From contig MFQZ01000003.1 in assembly GCA_001784435.1 (NCBI GenBank), positions 3,022-67,021 of the forward strand: DNA of 64,000 nucleotides, in the 5' to 3' direction. Under the pieces are notes generated by a model, which saw only the letters and a list, made by a program, of their open reading frames with translations, did no database searches and was not told the origin of the DNA. The position numbers were made by a program, and so were the translations under genes. Below are positions 41,145 to 50,471 of this stretch, one piece after another. Each line of letters starts with the position of its first letter. Within the stretch, counting starts at the first letter, position 1. This DNA is from Candidatus Magasanikbacteria bacterium RIFOXYC2_FULL_42_28. GTDB taxonomy: Bacteria; Patescibacteriota; Patescibacteriia; Magasanikbacterales; GWA2-37-8.

Positions 41145-41305
41145 TTCCCTCCACAGAGCTGCGAGTAGATTTGCGTGTTTTAGCTTCAAATAAAATGGCG
41201 AAAGCTCCACTCATAACAAAGAAATGTTAGGAGATGGGAGAGAGAATGCTTTAACTCATCTTATTCGGTTGAGACACCAATTCTATCGCAGCTCAATAGA
41301 GAGAA
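41145..41305 (-). ncRNA. Candidate 6S RNA (long rod with a central bubble)
   Basis: Ends pair over about 30 bp, including perfect GAGCTGCGA/TCGCAGCTC; central A-rich bubble; apical stem; own TTGACA-16-TACAAT promoter (41314-41341); no ORF. Confidence 0.6.
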
Positions 41306-41479
41306 CAGATACCATTGTAGACGATTTAAAAGTTATGTCAAGACACCTTATCTGTTGATAAGTGATTACAAATTGTCATCCCGATGAAAATCGGGATCTC
41401 TGTCTCAAACAATGTGTTAAATTGTGAAGATCCCGATTTTCATCGGGATGACAACCCCCACTACGACTCGCAATGACAA

Positions 41480-42022
41480 TTAAACGATTTCTTCTTCAAT
41501 ACTATTTTTAAAATTCACAAACCGCGCCGTCGCAAATAAATAATCACTCAACCGATTAAGATATTGATAAATTTCTGGACGCAATTTTGTTTCGCGTCCG
41601 AGCGTGACGAGTGCCCGTTCGGCCCGCCGGCAAATCGCGCGCGCCTTATGCAAACTCGCGGACGCTACGCACCCACCCGGTAAAATAAAATTTTTTAATT
41701 CCGGCAACTCACCCCATATTTTATCAATTTCTTTTTCTAATTCCAGAATTTGTGCGCTGTCAATTTTATCCAAACTCGCAGACACATTTTCATTTTGCGT
41801 GGCCGCTAATTCCGATCCGACTTTAAATAAATCCCGCGAAATCTTTCGCAAAAATTCCGCCGGCTCTGACGCGCCCAAAAGTGCCCGCGCCATCCCGAGT
41901 TCGGCGTTCAATTCGTCAATTTCGCCGATTACCATTAAACTAATACAATCCTTGTCGGTGCGCGCGCCGCCGAGGAGAGATGTTTGGCCGGTGTCGCCGG
42001 TTTTGGTGTAGATTTTGGTCAT
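41480..42022 (-). CDS. pduO: PduO-type ATP:cob(I)alamin adenosyltransferase
   Basis: KIYTKTGDTGQTSL; GEIDELNA; FILPGG; CRRAER; YLNRLSDYLF. Confidence 0.92.
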   Translation of the reverse strand: MTKIYTKTGDTGQTSLLGGARTDKDCISLMVIGEIDELNAELGMARALLGASEPAEFLRKISRDLFKVGSELAATQNENVSASLDKIDSAQILELEKEIDKIWGELPELKNFILPGGCVASASLHKARAICRRAERALVTLGRETKLRPEIYQYLNRLSDYLFATARFVNFKNSIEEEIV

Positions 42023-42046
42023 ATACTTATATACTTAAACACATTT

Positions 42047-42778
42047 TTAAACTGCTGGCAACATATCCCAAATTAAATCAAAAACTGATTTAAAAACATC
42101 GGTCATCACCGGCACGGCCACCACTACCGCGAGCGAACTAAGCGCGGGGCTGACAATTAAAATCTTATCATCATAAATATCAATTGTACTGCGAAAATCA
42201 TATTGCGCGGGCAGATATTTCCAGTGGCGCAACAAATTTTTATCTTCTGGATTAATGGCGCCTGATTCCTGCGTGAGCAAAAGACGCGTCTTAATTCTAG
42301 CGCGTCCGCGTCGTTCACGAAAATTGATAAACCAAGAAGTATCTAATCCCTCCCAAGCGGTAGCACTGCCGATAACACAATAAGATTTATTTTTATACTC
42401 TTCCAAAATACCATTATAAAATATTTTTAACTCATCCAGAGTTTCAATAAACTGCAAACCGACGCACGTGGATTCATGTTTGCCGAGCATGGTTAACACC
42501 GGGATAACATTCACGAACGCGTCTAATTTGTTTTGGAATAAAGCCATTAACTTTTGAGGATTCTCCGCGTAATAAAACCGATGATTCTTGCGAAAATAAA
42601 TATTTACAAACCCACGTTGCGCGAGCGTTTGTAAAATCGGATAAACTGTGGTGCGTTTTATGCCAATTTCTCTGGCAATGACGCTGGCCTTAGAGCCACC
42701 CAAACGCGTTAAGGCCAAATATGCCTTAGCCTCAACCTGATCAAGCCCTAAATTTTCCAATATAGCCGCATTTTCCAT
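42047..42778 (-). CDS. TrmB-family transcriptional regulator
   Basis: LGL..VEAKAYLAL...IKRTTVYPIL HTH; C-terminal IDIYDDKILIVS. Confidence 0.85.
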   Translation of the reverse strand: MENAAILENLGLDQVEAKAYLALTRLGGSKASVIAREIGIKRTTVYPILQTLAQRGFVNIYFRKNHRFYYAENPQKLMALFQNKLDAFVNVIPVLTMLGKHESTCVGLQFIETLDELKIFYNGILEEYKNKSYCVIGSATAWEGLDTSWFINFRERRGRARIKTRLLLTQESGAINPEDKNLLRHWKYLPAQYDFRSTIDIYDDKILIVSPALSSLAVVVAVPVMTDVFKSVFDLIWDMLPAV

Positions 42779-42802
42779 ACTGTTGATAACTGCTTAATTT
42801 TG

Positions 42803-42828
42803 TATGTCAAAATTTTACGACATTTTTT
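42803..42828. promoter_or_regulatory. Putative TrmB operator TATGTCAA-N7-CGACATTTTTT
   Basis: Same motif at 63827-63852, upstream of another TrmB gene. Confidence 0.6.
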
Positions 42829-42946
42829 ATATTTACTTATATTTTATTATATTTAAGCAAAATTGTCAAGTATCATAGTTAAAGATTATTGACATATATC
42901 TATAAATACCCTATGATAACTTGTTCTGTTTAATTGCTAAAACATT

Positions 42947-44305
42947 ATGAATGAACCAATAAATCCGCAAGAATTGTTCTCCGCTGAAATTATTAATTAC
43001 CCGGTGGACACGGAAAAATTAGGAAAAATAAATTATGTAAATCTGGATAACGCCGCCACCACTCCCCCGTTTAAGTGCGTGGAAGAGGGTGTTAAAAAAT
43101 ATCTGGAAAGCTACGGCTCGGTCCATCGTGGTGCAGGCGCTAAATCAATCGTATCCACGGACATTTACGAGCAAAGTCGCGAATATATCAAAACTTTTGT
43201 CAACGCACCTGCTGACTCTTATGTGATGTTTACCGGCAATACCACCGGCGCCATGAATATGGCCGCCTATTTCTTTTCCTTTATACCGGGAAAAATTTTA
43301 GTTTCAGAAATTGAACACAGTTCTTCTTGGTTGCCTTGGATAAAAAGCGAAGGCATAAAATTTGTCGGCAAGGAACGCTTACCGCTTGACGAATTAGAAA
43401 ACATCAATCAAAAAGTACAAAACCGCGGTCGGGAATATGTTTTACAATATCACATTAACGACCAATTTGAATTTGACTTGGAAACAATTGAGGAACAATT
43501 GCGCGAAAACCGCATCAAAGCCCTGGTGCTCACGGCCTCGTCAAATCTGACCGGCTATTGTCCGGATATTAAAAAAATCAGCACACTAACACACCGATAC
43601 GGCGCTTACCTGATAGTGGATGCCTGCCAATATCTGCAACATCACGAATTAGACATGACGGAATTGGGCATTGATTTCTTGGCCGCATCCGGACATAAAT
43701 TTTACGCTCCTTACGGCGGTGGATTCTTGATCGGCCCCAAAAAGTTTTTAGATAAATTTTTGCCTTATCAAATTGGCGGTGGTAATTTGCCATACATCAC
43801 GGACGGCGACGAATTTATTCGTTATCAAAATGTGCAAGCCCACGACCCGGGCACCCCTAACGCCGTTGGGGCAATCGCAATGGATCTAGCTTTAAAACAA
43901 CTACGCGAGTTAGGTTTTAATAATATCATCGCGCACGAACGGCATTTGACTCGCAAGGCATTTGAATACATGGCACAAAATCCAGCCATAAAACTATACA
44001 CGAACGACACTCACCTCAACACCGTAATCCCGTTCAATGCCATCGGACAATCAGCGACGGCGATCGCGGAAAAATTGAACAAACAATATGGCATCGGCGT
44101 GCGCGCCGGCAGTTTTTGTGTATACCACGTAGTCAGAAAATTATTAAAAATTGAGAACGAAAGTCAAATTGTGGCCGAAGTCAAAAACGGCAATACTGAT
44201 AATATTCCCGCTCTTGTCCGAATCTCTTTCGGGTTAGGCAATAACGAGGAAGATGTTGATCGATTGATTATGGCACTAAACGAATTAACCCAATCAAATA
44301 AATAA
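42947..44305 (+). CDS. Class V aminotransferase / cysteine desulfurase-like PLP enzyme
   Basis: LDNAATT, VHRG, ASGHKFYAP (PLP lysine), GTPN, VRAGSFC. Confidence 0.88.
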   Translation: MNEPINPQELFSAEIINYPVDTEKLGKINYVNLDNAATTPPFKCVEEGVKKYLESYGSVHRGAGAKSIVSTDIYEQSREYIKTFVNAPADSYVMFTGNTTGAMNMAAYFFSFIPGKILVSEIEHSSSWLPWIKSEGIKFVGKERLPLDELENINQKVQNRGREYVLQYHINDQFEFDLETIEEQLRENRIKALVLTASSNLTGYCPDIKKISTLTHRYGAYLIVDACQYLQHHELDMTELGIDFLAASGHKFYAPYGGGFLIGPKKFLDKFLPYQIGGGNLPYITDGDEFIRYQNVQAHDPGTPNAVGAIAMDLALKQLRELGFNNIIAHERHLTRKAFEYMAQNPAIKLYTNDTHLNTVIPFNAIGQSATAIAEKLNKQYGIGVRAGSFCVYHVVRKLLKIENESQIVAEVKNGNTDNIPALVRISFGLGNNEEDVDRLIMALNELTQSNK

Positions 44306-44309
44306 CACT

Positions 44310-45011
44310 ATGAAAAAAAGCCAATTTACGACAATCAAACCAACAGAATTAAACTATGAAAAATACGCTACTGAAAAATATGATGATGAAATCAAGAAAG
44401 TAATTCCCGGGTATAAAAAAATTCACCAAACCATTTATCAATACACACGAAAAATAAACAAAAAAACTACCAGCCACGTGCTCGACCTGGGCTGCGGTAC
44501 CGGCATCACCAGCGCGGTTATTCGACGCGCTCTCCCGACCGCTTATTTTGATTTAATTGATTTTTCTAGACAAATGCTGTCTGGAGCGAAAAGAAAATTG
44601 GGTAAAAACAGAGTCCGCTATTATTTAGGTGATTTGGCATTGTTTAAACCAAAAATAAAATATGACATTACCACTACTGTCATCGGATTGCATCATCAAA
44701 ATGATCGTGGCAAACAAAAAATATTTAAAATGACCTATAATAATCTTAACGGTGGTGGTATTTTTATTTATAGTGACTTGATGACATACCAAAATCTTAA
44801 TACAGCCGCTTATAACTCGGCCCGACATATCAGTCACCTGACAAAGAATTCAAAAAGTAAAAAGATGCTTACGGAGTGGGCTTACCACCATTTGTATTTA
44901 AACAAACTTACCACCGTTGAGCAACAAATAAGCTGGCTTAAAAAAACCGGCTTTAAAATAATTAAACGGCAGGATTTCTTTAATACGGTATTACTGATAT
45001 GTAGGAAATAA
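44310..45011 (+). CDS. Class I SAM-dependent methyltransferase (CmoA-like)
   Basis: YDDEIKKVIPGY; VLDLGCGTG. Confidence 0.85.
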   Translation: MKKSQFTTIKPTELNYEKYATEKYDDEIKKVIPGYKKIHQTIYQYTRKINKKTTSHVLDLGCGTGITSAVIRRALPTAYFDLIDFSRQMLSGAKRKLGKNRVRYYLGDLALFKPKIKYDITTTVIGLHHQNDRGKQKIFKMTYNNLNGGGIFIYSDLMTYQNLNTAAYNSARHISHLTKNSKSKKMLTEWAYHHLYLNKLTTVEQQISWLKKTGFKIIKRQDFFNTVLLICRK

Positions 45012-45046
45012 AACACCCTGACAAAATTTTGTCGGGGTGTTTTTTT
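45010..45046. terminator. Terminator between the convergent methyltransferase and nrdJ
   Basis: AAAACACCCTGACAAAA/TTTTGTCGGGGTGTTTT. Confidence 0.7.
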
Positions 45047-45213
45047 GTGAAACGAATTTTAGAGATTAAACTAGCGTTAAGGGATTCCTCCGCTCGCTAC
45101 GGCTCGGTCGGAATGACAGCGAGAGATTGCTTCCCGCCAGAGGCGGGCAGGCGTCTGCTTCTCGCAATGACAATCGCTAATTTTGATTTTTGATATTTAA
45201 TTTTTGATATTTT

Positions 45214-48200
45214 TTAACTGCACCCCGTCGTACTCCCACAATTCAAACACTTGTAACAACTTCCACTCCGAATAGTCATGTGCCCACAAGTTCCACACGG
45301 AGGCGCGTCGCCCATCATATTAGACAGCATCGCGTCGACGGCGGTAGTTTTTTTGCTGGCCGATGGCATTTTTGGCAAACTCATTTGGGCTTCGGCAATT
45401 TCTACTTGCTCGGATTCTTTTTTAACTAAACTGTCTGGCGTTTCCAATTCTAACGATGTCTGCGCCGTCGCCTCTTGGGCAATATGCGCCAACTGTTGAG
45501 CGCGGTTGCGTTGGATGCCGGTGGGTTTGACTTGGACAAAATCCGTTCGGCCTAAATATTCCATTCCGATGACGCGGAAAATAAAATCAATAATGGAAGT
45601 GGAAAATTTAACATTGGGGTGATCAGTCATGCCCGATGGCTCAAAGCGCGTAAAAGTAAATTTATCTACATATTCTTCTAGTGGCACGCCATATTGCAAA
45701 CCGGTAGAAATGGAAATGGCGAATAAATTTAACAAACTGCGGAACGACGCACCCTCTTTATACATATCGATAAACACCTCGCCTAATTTGCCGTCCGGGA
45801 ATTCGCCGGTGCGTAGGAATAGTTTTTGACCGCCAACTTTGGCTTTAATAGTCATACCACTGCGTTTGTAAGGCAACTTGCGTTGTTCGCCGTGGATGTA
45901 AACATGTTTGCCGTTGGAGGTGCCATCGTGGGCGTAATTTATTTGCATGTCTTCGGCATCAACGGCTTGTTGCCAATCGCCGTTGGCGAGTGCTCCCACC
46001 CCCTCTGCTTCTCCCCCTCGGGCAGGGGGAGACACCGCGACCGCGCCACCAACTACCGGGGCAACTTTCTCTTCAATTTTTTCTTCTTTTTTGCTTTCGG
46101 TTTTTTTGCTTTTGGCCGAAAGCGGTTGTGATAATTTACAACCGTCGCGATAAATTGCGTTGCATTTTAAGCCCAATTTCCACGAGGCCATGTAAGCGAT
46201 TTTGATATCCTCTACCGTCGCTTCGTTCGGCATATTAATTGTTTTGGAAATTGAACCGCACAAAAACGGTTGCACCGCGGCCATCATCCGGATATGACCA
46301 AGATAATGAATATAGCGCTGGCCTTTTTTGCCGTTCTTGTTGGCAGTATCAAACACCGCATAATGTTCCGAGCGTAAATGGGGCGCACCTTCAATCGTCA
46401 TCGCTCCGCAGACAAATTCGTTCGCTTCGGACACCTGTTCATCAGTAAATCCAAGCGCTTTTAACAAATTAAAATTGGGGTCATTGTATTGTTCGCTCGT
46501 GTAGCCCAATCGTTTTAGACATTCCTCTCCCAAAGTCCAAACATTAAATACAAAACCCATTTCAAACGCACCGAGCAAGGTCTTTTCAATTTTGGCAATA
46601 TCTTCATCAACAAAACCTTTAACTTTTAAACTTTCGGAGTTGATGTGCGGACAATTTTTTAGAGTGGCGCGGCCTTTTAGATAATCAGCAATGTCGTCAA
46701 TTTGTTTCTGATTATAACCCAAAGTTTTAAGCGCCATCGGGACGCTCTCATTCACAATTTTGAAATATCCGCCACCGGCTAATTTTTTAAATTTCACGAG
46801 CGCGAAATCCGGCTCCACGCCGGTGGTGGAACAATCCATCACAAGACCAATCGTTCCGGTCGGAGCCAGCAAAGTGGTTTGAGCGTTACGATAACCATAA
46901 CGCTCACCCATTTCTAACGCTTCATTCCACAAATTGCGCGCGGCCACGAGCAAATACGCGGGCGCAAATTCTTCAGAAATTCCAACCGGCTTAACAGCCA
47001 AAGATTCATATTCGTCATCAGAGGCGTTAAACGCGGCCCGACGATGATTGCGAATCACACGCAGCATTTCGGCGCGATTATGTTTGAATTTTGGAAATGG
47101 TCCTAAATTTTTCGCCATTTCGGCCGAGGTAATATATGATTGTGCGCCCATGATGGCCGTGACGGAACCGGCAAAAGCCAGGGCCTCGGGTGAGTCATAA
47201 GGAATACCAGCGGTCATAAGTACCGAACCAATATTGGCATAACCCAATCCCAAAGTGCGAAAATCATAACTACCTTGCGCAATTTCTTTACTGGGGAATT
47301 GTGCCATTAAAACACTTGTTTCCAAAACTACAGTCCAAAGACGCGTGGCATATTTAAAACCTTCAATATCAAAACTCGCGGTCTCGCTGTCATAAAAATG
47401 GGCAAGGTTAATAGAGGCGAGATTACAGGCAGTGTTGTCGATGAACATGTATTCACTGCAAGGATTACTCGCGTTAATCCGACCGGAATTCGGACAGGTG
47501 TGCCATTCATTAATGGTAGTATCATACTGCAACCCCGGATCGGCACATGACCAAGCCGAAGTGGCGATTTGTTCCCAAAGTGAGCGCGCGGGCAAAGTTT
47601 TACAAACCTTACCGCCGGTACGCCATTTTAAATTCCAGTCCGCGCCGGTTTCTACTGCTTCTAAATATTCTTGCGTAACGCGCACAGAGTTGTTGGAATT
47701 TTGACCGGACACAGTGTTATACGCTTCGCCTTCATAATGTGAATCATAGCCGGCCGCGACCATGGCCGCAACTTTCTTTTCTTCATTAACTTTCCAAATA
47801 ATAAATTCTTCAATATCCGGATGATCAACATCTAAAATTACCATTTTCGCCGCACGCCGAGTGGTACCGCCGGATTTAATCCCACCGGCCGCACGATCGC
47901 CGATTTTAAGCCAGCTCATTAAGCCCGATGATGTGCCACCACCGGATAACGGCTCGCCCCGTCCACGCAAAGCGGAAAAATTCGTGCCGGTACCGGAGCC
48001 ATATTTAAACAACCGCGCCTCGCGCACCCATAAATCCATAATACCACCTTCGTTGACCAAATCGTCGTTAACGGATTGGATAAAACAGGCGTGCGGTTGC
48101 GGATGAGTATAAGAATCTTCCGAACGAGTTAATACGCCGGTGTCAGGATTAATATAATAATGTCCTTGTGATGGCCCGTTAATTCCATACGCCCATTGCA

Positions 48201-48702
48201 AACCGGTATTAAACCATTGCGGAGAATTTGGCGCGGCCATTTGGTTGATTATCATGTAAACGAGCTCGTCGTAAAATACAACCGCGTCCTCGGCACTGGC
48301 AAAGTAACCATATTTTTCCGCCCAATATCGCCAAGTACCGGCCAAACGGTGCGCCACTTGCTTAACGCTGTTTTCAGGACCAAGCATGGGGGTCCCGTCA
48401 GCGTTCAACTTTGGCGCACCGTCCGCATCATACTGCAGAACGCCGGCTTTACGAAAATATTTTTGCGCCAAAATATCCGTGGCCACTTGCGACCACGTTT
48501 TTGGCACCTCTACATCGTTCATTTCAAAAATTATCTTACCGGTTGACTCGCGAATTACAGACGAACGCAGTTCGTACTGGAACATATCGTACGGACTCAC
48601 CCCGTTTTTAGTAAAATGCCGTTCAAATTTCAGGCCATTTTCCGGTGAATATTTATAATCAGAATCAACTTTAAAAATTTTAGTGGCGACAGCGGTGTTC
48701 AT
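45214..48702 (-). CDS. nrdJ: Vitamin B12-dependent (class II) ribonucleotide reductase
   Basis: PNSPQWFN, PQPHACFI, ASNPCSE, APTGTIG, SISKTIN; C-terminal TSCPD and Zn-ribbon domains; start set at MNTAVATK. Confidence 0.95.
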   Translation of the reverse strand: MNTAVATKIFKVDSDYKYSPENGLKFERHFTKNGVSPYDMFQYELRSSVIRESTGKIIFEMNDVEVPKTWSQVATDILAQKYFRKAGVLQYDADGAPKLNADGTPMLGPENSVKQVAHRLAGTWRYWAEKYGYFASAEDAVVFYDELVYMIINQMAAPNSPQWFNTGLQWAYGINGPSQGHYYINPDTGVLTRSEDSYTHPQPHACFIQSVNDDLVNEGGIMDLWVREARLFKYGSGTGTNFSALRGRGEPLSGGGTSSGLMSWLKIGDRAAGGIKSGGTTRRAAKMVILDVDHPDIEEFIIWKVNEEKKVAAMVAAGYDSHYEGEAYNTVSGQNSNNSVRVTQEYLEAVETGADWNLKWRTGGKVCKTLPARSLWEQIATSAWSCADPGLQYDTTINEWHTCPNSGRINASNPCSEYMFIDNTACNLASINLAHFYDSETASFDIEGFKYATRLWTVVLETSVLMAQFPSKEIAQGSYDFRTLGLGYANIGSVLMTAGIPYDSPEALAFAGSVTAIMGAQSYITSAEMAKNLGPFPKFKHNRAEMLRVIRNHRRAAFNASDDEYESLAVKPVGISEEFAPAYLLVAARNLWNEALEMGERYGYRNAQTTLLAPTGTIGLVMDCSTTGVEPDFALVKFKKLAGGGYFKIVNESVPMALKTLGYNQKQIDDIADYLKGRATLKNCPHINSESLKVKGFVDEDIAKIEKTLLGAFEMGFVFNVWTLGEECLKRLGYTSEQYNDPNFNLLKALGFTDEQVSEANEFVCGAMTIEGAPHLRSEHYAVFDTANKNGKKGQRYIHYLGHIRMMAAVQPFLCGSISKTINMPNEATVEDIKIAYMASWKLGLKCNAIYRDGCKLSQPLSAKSKKTESKKEEKIEEKVAPVVGGAVAVSPPARGGEAEGVGALANGDWQQAVDAEDMQINYAHDGTSNGKHVYIHGEQRKLPYKRSGMTIKAKVGGQKLFLRTGEFPDGKLGEVFIDMYKEGASFRSLLNLFAISISTGLQYGVPLEEYVDKFTFTRFEPSGMTDHPNVKFSTSIIDFIFRVIGMEYLGRTDFVQVKPTGIQRNRAQQLAHIAQEATAQTSLELETPDSLVKKESEQVEIAEAQMSLPKMPSASKKTTAVDAMLSNMMGDAPPCGTCGHMTIRSGSCYKCLNCGSTTGCS

Positions 48703-48755
48703 ATTGTTATAATTATGGGTGAAACCCTGTAATTTGTTATTTAAATTGATTTGAA

Positions 48756-48771
48756 ACACTATATGTAGTGT
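48756..48771. promoter_or_regulatory. NrdR box
   Basis: ACACTATATGTAGTGT matches acaCwAtATaTwGtgt, about 54 nt upstream of nrdJ. Confidence 0.8.
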
Positions 48772-48937
48772 TTAAGTTCAAGGCCTATACATTATATCAC
48801 ACTCCGTCAAGAGCGACCAAATGACGACAAAAACCTTACAGTTGAGAGAAAAAAACCAACAAAAAATTTTGTTTGTAAAAGTTATCCACACCCCTCCGTC
48901 CCGACTGTGTCGGGACTACGGCGGTACAAGTCACTAA

Positions 48938-49993
48938 CTAACGCCACAACCAACACTCGCTCGCTACCTTTTGCTTTAACTTTCGCGAATTGCCATGACT
49001 GATAAGCCCTAAATACGATTGGACAACAGTATCTTTCGTAGTTAGGCGAATTTTTCGCAACATTCTCTGTTTTGTTTTAGTTCGAATAACACGATGGTCA
49101 AAGAAATTCACCCAACCAAGAAAATCAACACCGGAAGACACGGTTTTTATAAAAACTTTATCCGGATGCAAGGTAAGTTTTAAATTTGATTGTAAAAATT
49201 CTTGTATTTTTGGCATTGCCGCCTCCAACCGAAATTTATCACGCGAAAGAAAAATAAAATCATCGGCATACCGCGCGTAATAATGAGATTTTAGCCGGTG
49301 CTTTACCCATTGATCAAATTTATTTAAATAAATATTGGCGAATAACTGTGAGGTAAGATTGCCGAGAGGTAAGCCGACGCCAGATAATGATTCTGTGTGG
49401 AAACTGTTAATAATATTCTGCAACAGTCGAAGTATATTTTGATCAGGAATATAGCTACGCAATATTGTCAGTAATATTTCGTGATTAATACTCGCAAAAA
49501 ATTTCCTAATATCACATTTCAACACCCAACAAGTACGGTTATGATTTTTACTCACTCGAAACACCAAATTTCTAAAACTATTTACCGCCTTATGCGTCCC
49601 TTTATTATCACGGCAGGAAAAAGATCCGGCAATAAAAGTTTTATCAAAAAATGGATATAAAATCCGATAAACAGCGTGGTGGAGTAGCCGATCGCGCACG
49701 CTTGCCTTATGAATATGCCGTCGTTTGGGATCGTTAATAAAAAAACTTTTATAACCGCCGTGTTGATAAACGCGATTGACTAAATCTTCGTGAAGTTCTA
49801 CAATATTATCCATTAAGCGACTCTCAAACTCCACAACATCAATTTTCTTTTTCTTGTCAATTATAAATTCCTCCCACGCTAAACATAAATTTTCGTGGGA
49901 AATAATATTTTCATAACTATGACTCAATTGAATTTTCCCGCCGACACGGCAATTAAGCCCCCCCCCCCAGCAAAGCCGTACTGAAATTCCCAT
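48938..49993 (-). CDS. DGR reverse transcriptase
   Basis: KASVRDRLLHHA, LKCDIRKFFASI, GLPLGNLTSQLFANIYL, YARYADDF, GVDFLGW; start is either ATG 49993 (through G11) or TTG 49927. Confidence 0.95.
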   Translation of the reverse strand: MGISVRLCWGGGLNCRVGGKIQLSHSYENIISHENLCLAWEEFIIDKKKKIDVVEFESRLMDNIVELHEDLVNRVYQHGGYKSFFINDPKRRHIHKASVRDRLLHHAVYRILYPFFDKTFIAGSFSCRDNKGTHKAVNSFRNLVFRVSKNHNRTCWVLKCDIRKFFASINHEILLTILRSYIPDQNILRLLQNIINSFHTESLSGVGLPLGNLTSQLFANIYLNKFDQWVKHRLKSHYYARYADDFIFLSRDKFRLEAAMPKIQEFLQSNLKLTLHPDKVFIKTVSSGVDFLGWVNFFDHRVIRTKTKQRMLRKIRLTTKDTVVQSYLGLISHGNSRKLKQKVASECWLWR

Positions 49994-50330
49994 TTTGACT
50001 GAACTCAAGATTTGTTATTTGTTGTGGCATAGTTTTTTAATTGATCTCCCGCGTTTGACGCGCTACACGCTCGGCGTAAAAATAGATAATTTATTTACCG
50101 AACTACTGGGGATAACGATTGCCGCGCAATATACCAAACGAACTGATAAATTAGAATTTTTAGAAGAATTGAATAGAAAATTTGATAACTTAAAATATTT
50201 TATCACTATTCTCTGGGAAGCAAAAGGGTTAAGTGCCGGAAAATATGCGCAACTATCTCAAAAACTCACACGCATCGGCCAAATGCTCGGCGGTTGGATT
50301 GCGCTTTTAAAAAGAAACTCTCCCAACTAA
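49919..50330 (+). CDS. avd: DGR accessory variability determinant Avd (four-helix bundle), frameshifted from ATG 49919 at the C11 tract
   Basis: LPRLTRYTLGVKIDNLF...IGQMLGGW; body 49995-50330 has only a TTG start; ATG 49919 joins it in frame at C10 or C13. Confidence 0.85.
49958..49968. repeat. C11/G11 homopolymer shared by the 5' ends of avd and RT
   Basis: AATTAAG-CCCCCCCCCCC-AGCAAAG. Confidence 0.9.
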
Positions 50331-50340
50331 ATTGGGAGAG
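50310..50340 (-). terminator. Hairpin/terminator just downstream of TR, overlapping the avd stop
   Basis: Minus strand CTCTCCCAA-TTTAG-TTGGGAGAG-TTTCTTTTT. Confidence 0.65.
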
Positions 50341-50353
50341 AACGAGGATATTA

Positions 50354-50471
50354 GCTGAGGAAGCCGAACAGGTAGTTCCGATTCCAGTTGCCCTTGACCG
50401 TGTTGAGGTTCAGGTTGCGCCAGTCGGAATTGCCGTTGAGGTAGAGCACGTTGCCGTCCCGCGCGGAGCCG
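50354..50471 (-). ncRNA. DGR template repeat (TR), 118 bp
   Basis: Nine AAC/AAT codons in the target frame; 104/118 identical to VR. Confidence 0.95.

Noticed and set aside
30304-48702. Inteins or introns in rpoC, rpoB or nrdJ
   Set aside because: Lengths are ordinary, and no intein ends (C...HN) or LAGLIDADG blocks were seen.
38090-48890. TTATCCACA boxes (38090, 48882) as a replication origin
   Set aside because: They are isolated single boxes near promoters, with no cluster and no dnaA/dnaN; at most regulatory.
48772-48900. Cobalamin riboswitch upstream of nrdJ (or pduO)
   Set aside because: No B12-box consensus, and the leaders are too short; an NrdR box is present instead.
48938-49993. 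RT as a group II intron, retron or Abi RT
   Set aside because: It is short, has no maturase or endonuclease domain, carries the GNLTSQ motif, and has an adjacent Avd and adenine-specific TR/VR pair.
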